11,280 bases of DNA from Raphidiopsis brookii D9 (lineage in GTDB: Bacteria; Cyanobacteriota; Cyanobacteriia; Cyanobacteriales; Nostocaceae), in contig ACYB01000012.1 in NCBI GenBank assembly GCA_000175855.1, forward strand, positions 1-11,280, given 5' to 3'. A program made the position numbers and the translations under genes. Positions 9,092 to 11,280 of the stretch are shown piece after piece. Under the pieces are notes generated by a model that saw only the letters and a list, made by a program, of their open reading frames with translations, had not been told where the DNA came from and did no database searches. Each line of letters opens with the position of its first letter. The first letter of the stretch is position 1.

Positions 9092-9315
9092 GGTTTTGTT
9101 ACTATTGTCAATCAGGATTTAACTATGTTTAAGTTTCCTATAGGTTGTGTATAGATTTCCGATTCTGGATTAATTGTAGTAAGATTTAATCGCAGTGATG
9201 CTGATTAGATGAGGAATAGATTGATTCATGGACATTGATATAGTAATCACTAAAAGAGTTAGCTGCTTAACTTACCATTATTTCCCAGATAGATCCCAAC
9301 AATCCTGAAATCCAC

Positions 9316-11085
9316 ATGTCCCAATTAAGAGATTCTCTGCGTCGCACCAAAATCGTTGCTACCATCGGACCTGCTACCAGCAGTCCAGAAATGCTAAAAG
9401 CTATTATTGAAGCTGGAGCAACCACTCTAAGATTAAATTTTTCCCATGGCACCCACACTGATCATCAGCGTAGTATTCGTTTGATTAGACAAACTGCTTT
9501 TGAGCTAAACAGACCAGTGGCAATTTTGCAAGATTTACAAGGGCCTAAGATTCGCTTAGGTAAATTTGATAATGGTTTTATCATGCTATCCAAAGGCGAT
9601 CGCTTTACTCTAACAAATCGTCCAGTAGTGGGGAATGAGGAAATTAGCTGTGTCACCTATGATTATTTAGCAGAGGAAGTGCCAATTGGGTCAAAAATTC
9701 TCCTTGATGATGGTCGAGTAGAAATGGTGGTGGAAGAAATTAACCGTGACAAAGGAGATTTACATTGTCGAGTCACAGTTGCTGGTAAACTTTCTAACAA
9801 TAAAGGGGTAAACTTTCCCGGAGTTTATTTGTCTATTAAAGCCATGACCGACAAGGATCGAGAGGACCTGATGTTTGGTTTAGATCAGGGAGTGGATTGG
9901 GTGGCTCTGTCCTTTGTGCGTAATCCCCAAGACATTATAGAAATCAAAGAATTAATTTCCAGCACTGGTAAGAATGTGCCCGTAGTTGCCAAGATTGAGA
10001 AACACGAAGCCATAGAACAAATGGAAGAAGTTCTTTCCTTGTGCGATGGAGTAATGGTTGCTAGGGGTGATTTAGGGGTGGAACTACCTGCAGAAGATGT
10101 TCCCGTACTACAAAAGCGATTAATTGCCACAGCTAATCGTTTAGGCATTCCTATTATCACTGCTACTCAAATGTTAGATAGCATGGTCAGTAATCCTCGT
10201 CCAACTCGTGCTGAAGTATCCGACGTTGCCAACGCGATTTTAGATGGCACAGATGCAGTAATGCTTTCCAATGAGACTGCGGTAGGTAACTATCCAGTAG
10301 AAGCAGTAGCTACTATGGCTAGAATAGCAGAGCGTATTGAACAGGAACAGATAAATACCAGTTCCCGTTTAGGAAAAGATGATAAACGTTCTATTCCTAA
10401 TGCTATTAGTCAAGCTGTGGGACAGATTGCCGAGAACTTAGGTGCAGCAGCAATTATGACCTTGACCCAAACGGGAGCAACTGCGCGTAATGTTTCTAAA
10501 TACCGTCCGAAAACGCCTATTTTAGCTATTACACCTCATGTAAACGTAGCTAGACAATTACAAATGGTTTGGGGTGTTAGACCTTTACTGGTATTGGACT
10601 TACCTTCCACTGGTCAAACATTCCAAGCTGCCATTAACGTAGCCCAGGAAAAAAGGCTCTTGAGTGAGGGAGATTTGGTCGTAATGACTGCAGGTACATT
10701 GCAGGGAGTTTCTGGGTCTACAGACCTAATTAAAGTGGAAGTAGTCACGGCTATATTAGGTCAAGGAATTGGTTTAGGGCAGGGTTCTGTTAGTGGTCGT
10801 GCAAGAGTTGTGCGCAATGGTATGGACGCGACCAATTTCAGTCAAGGAGACATTTTAGTGGCATCCAGCACTGGAGCAGACTGTGTGGAGGCAATCCGTA
10901 AAGCTAGTGGTATTATTACGGAGGAAGAGAGTTTGAATAGTCATGCTGCTGTAATTGGATTGAGATTGGGAGTACCGGTAATAGTGGGTGTCAAGCAAGC
11001 GACCCAAGTAATAAAAGATGGGACAATTTTGACCTTAGATATGCAACGGGGATTAGTCTATTCTGGTGCGGTGGGGACAAGGTAA
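9316..11085 (+). CDS. pyk: Pyruvate kinase with extra C-terminal PEP-utilizing-enzyme mobile-like domain
   Basis: 589-aa ORF: RRTKIVATIGPATSSPEMLKAIIEAGATTLRLNFSHG, ILQDLQGPKIRLG, VPVVAKIEKHEAIEQ, VMVARGDLGVELP, PIITATQMLDSMVSNPRPTRAEVSDVANAILDGTDAVMLSNETAVG. C-terminal extension: VSGRARVVRN...GDILVASSTGADCVEAIRKASGIITEEESLNSHAAVIGLRLGVPVIVG. Confidence 0.97.
   Translation: MSQLRDSLRRTKIVATIGPATSSPEMLKAIIEAGATTLRLNFSHGTHTDHQRSIRLIRQTAFELNRPVAILQDLQGPKIRLGKFDNGFIMLSKGDRFTLTNRPVVGNEEISCVTYDYLAEEVPIGSKILLDDGRVEMVVEEINRDKGDLHCRVTVAGKLSNNKGVNFPGVYLSIKAMTDKDREDLMFGLDQGVDWVALSFVRNPQDIIEIKELISSTGKNVPVVAKIEKHEAIEQMEEVLSLCDGVMVARGDLGVELPAEDVPVLQKRLIATANRLGIPIITATQMLDSMVSNPRPTRAEVSDVANAILDGTDAVMLSNETAVGNYPVEAVATMARIAERIEQEQINTSSRLGKDDKRSIPNAISQAVGQIAENLGAAAIMTLTQTGATARNVSKYRPKTPILAITPHVNVARQLQMVWGVRPLLVLDLPSTGQTFQAAINVAQEKRLLSEGDLVVMTAGTLQGVSGSTDLIKVEVVTAILGQGIGLGQGSVSGRARVVRNGMDATNFSQGDILVASSTGADCVEAIRKASGIITEEESLNSHAAVIGLRLGVPVIVGVKQATQVIKDGTILTLDMQRGLVYSGAVGTR
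9596..9603. repeat. HIP1 octamer GCGATCGC
   Basis: Exact octamer seen. Confidence 0.9.
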
Positions 11086-11124
11086 ACATGCTCTATTAAA
11101 ATTATAAGAAAGTCCACTAAATAC

Positions 11125-11280
11125 ATGAGCCAAGAAGTAACCCTAAAAAATTTGCCGTTAGGGATAAACACGCTAGATAAACTGCGTGGTAGTAATTGTG
11201 TCTATGTGGACAAAACGCCTTTCGCATTAAAATTGATTAAGCAACCTGGAGCGTTTTTTTTGTCGCGACCTAGACGCTTC
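11125..11280 (+). CDS. AAA-ATPase-like / PD-(D/E)XK nuclease superfamily protein, N-terminal fragment truncated by the window edge
   Basis: ATG at 11125, open to the window end (52 codons): MSQEVTLKNLPLGINTLDKLRGSNCVYVDKTPFALKLIKQPGAFFLSRPRRF. 'LPxGIxxxxKLR..N.xYVDKTxxxxxL......FFLSRPRRF' is the hallmark N-terminus of the AAA-ATPase_like (PF09820) family, often fused to a C-terminal PD-(D/E)XK domain. Not in the supplied ORF track. Confidence 0.85.
   Translation, partial: MSQEVTLKNLPLGINTLDKLRGSNCVYVDKTPFALKLIKQPGAFFLSRPRRF

Noticed and set aside
9228-9308. Possible 26-codon ORF (MDIDIVITKRVSCLTYHYFPDRSQQS) upstream of pyk
   Set aside because: Short, with no recognised motif or clear ribosome-binding site. 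It is compatible with chance in AT-rich intergenic DNA, and conservation data would be needed.
9092-9315. NtcA-type box (GTA-N8-TAC) in the divergent permease/pyk intergenic region
   Set aside because: I could not find a convincing consensus site. A GTTA-N6-TAAC symmetry is visible near 9258..9271 but is too weak to call.
1027-9603. GCGATCGC octamers as a novel repeat signal
   Set aside because: This is the well-known HIP1 element, over-represented across many cyanobacterial genomes. It supports the taxonomic inference but is not new.
9267-10160. Minus-strand ORFs 9267..9458, 9465..9656 and 9885..10160
   Set aside because: Antisense to conserved pyruvate kinase coding sequence (the first also covers the short upstream region), with no domain signature.
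1-11280. CRISPR array, tRNA/rRNA genes, or retron/RT-type system
   Set aside because: No regularly spaced direct repeats, cloverleaf or rRNA-like sequences, or reverse-transcriptase motifs were seen on manual reading. Most of the window is occupied by long housekeeping ORFs.

Overview
This looks like mostly core cyanobacterial genome. The evidence is gene content, four perfect HIP1 octamers (GCGATCGC), and protein styles resembling Nostocales. Genes supported by the sequence: (i) a window-truncated, minus-strand 5' end of an IS607-family MerR-HTH/serine recombinase (1..184), absent from the supplied ORF track; (ii) acetyl-CoA synthetase acs (492..2462 +); (iii) a 1859-aa TamB/DUF490-type envelope protein (2601..8180 +); (iv) a MalF/UgpA-type ABC sugar permease (8177..9091 -), convergent with tamB and sharing TTAA at the overlapping stops; (v) pyruvate kinase pyk with a C-terminal PEP-utilizer-type domain (9316..11085 +); (vi) a window-truncated 5' end of an AAA-ATPase-like / PD-(D/E)XK family ORF (11125..11280 +), also absent from the ORF track. 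I found no clear novel system inside the window. The most interesting signals are the two truncated accessory genes at the edges. The left one may belong to an IS607 transposon that also carries TnpB. Smaller signals are a hairpin/operator-like repeat before the recombinase and a 10-bp inverted repeat in the acs-tamB gap.
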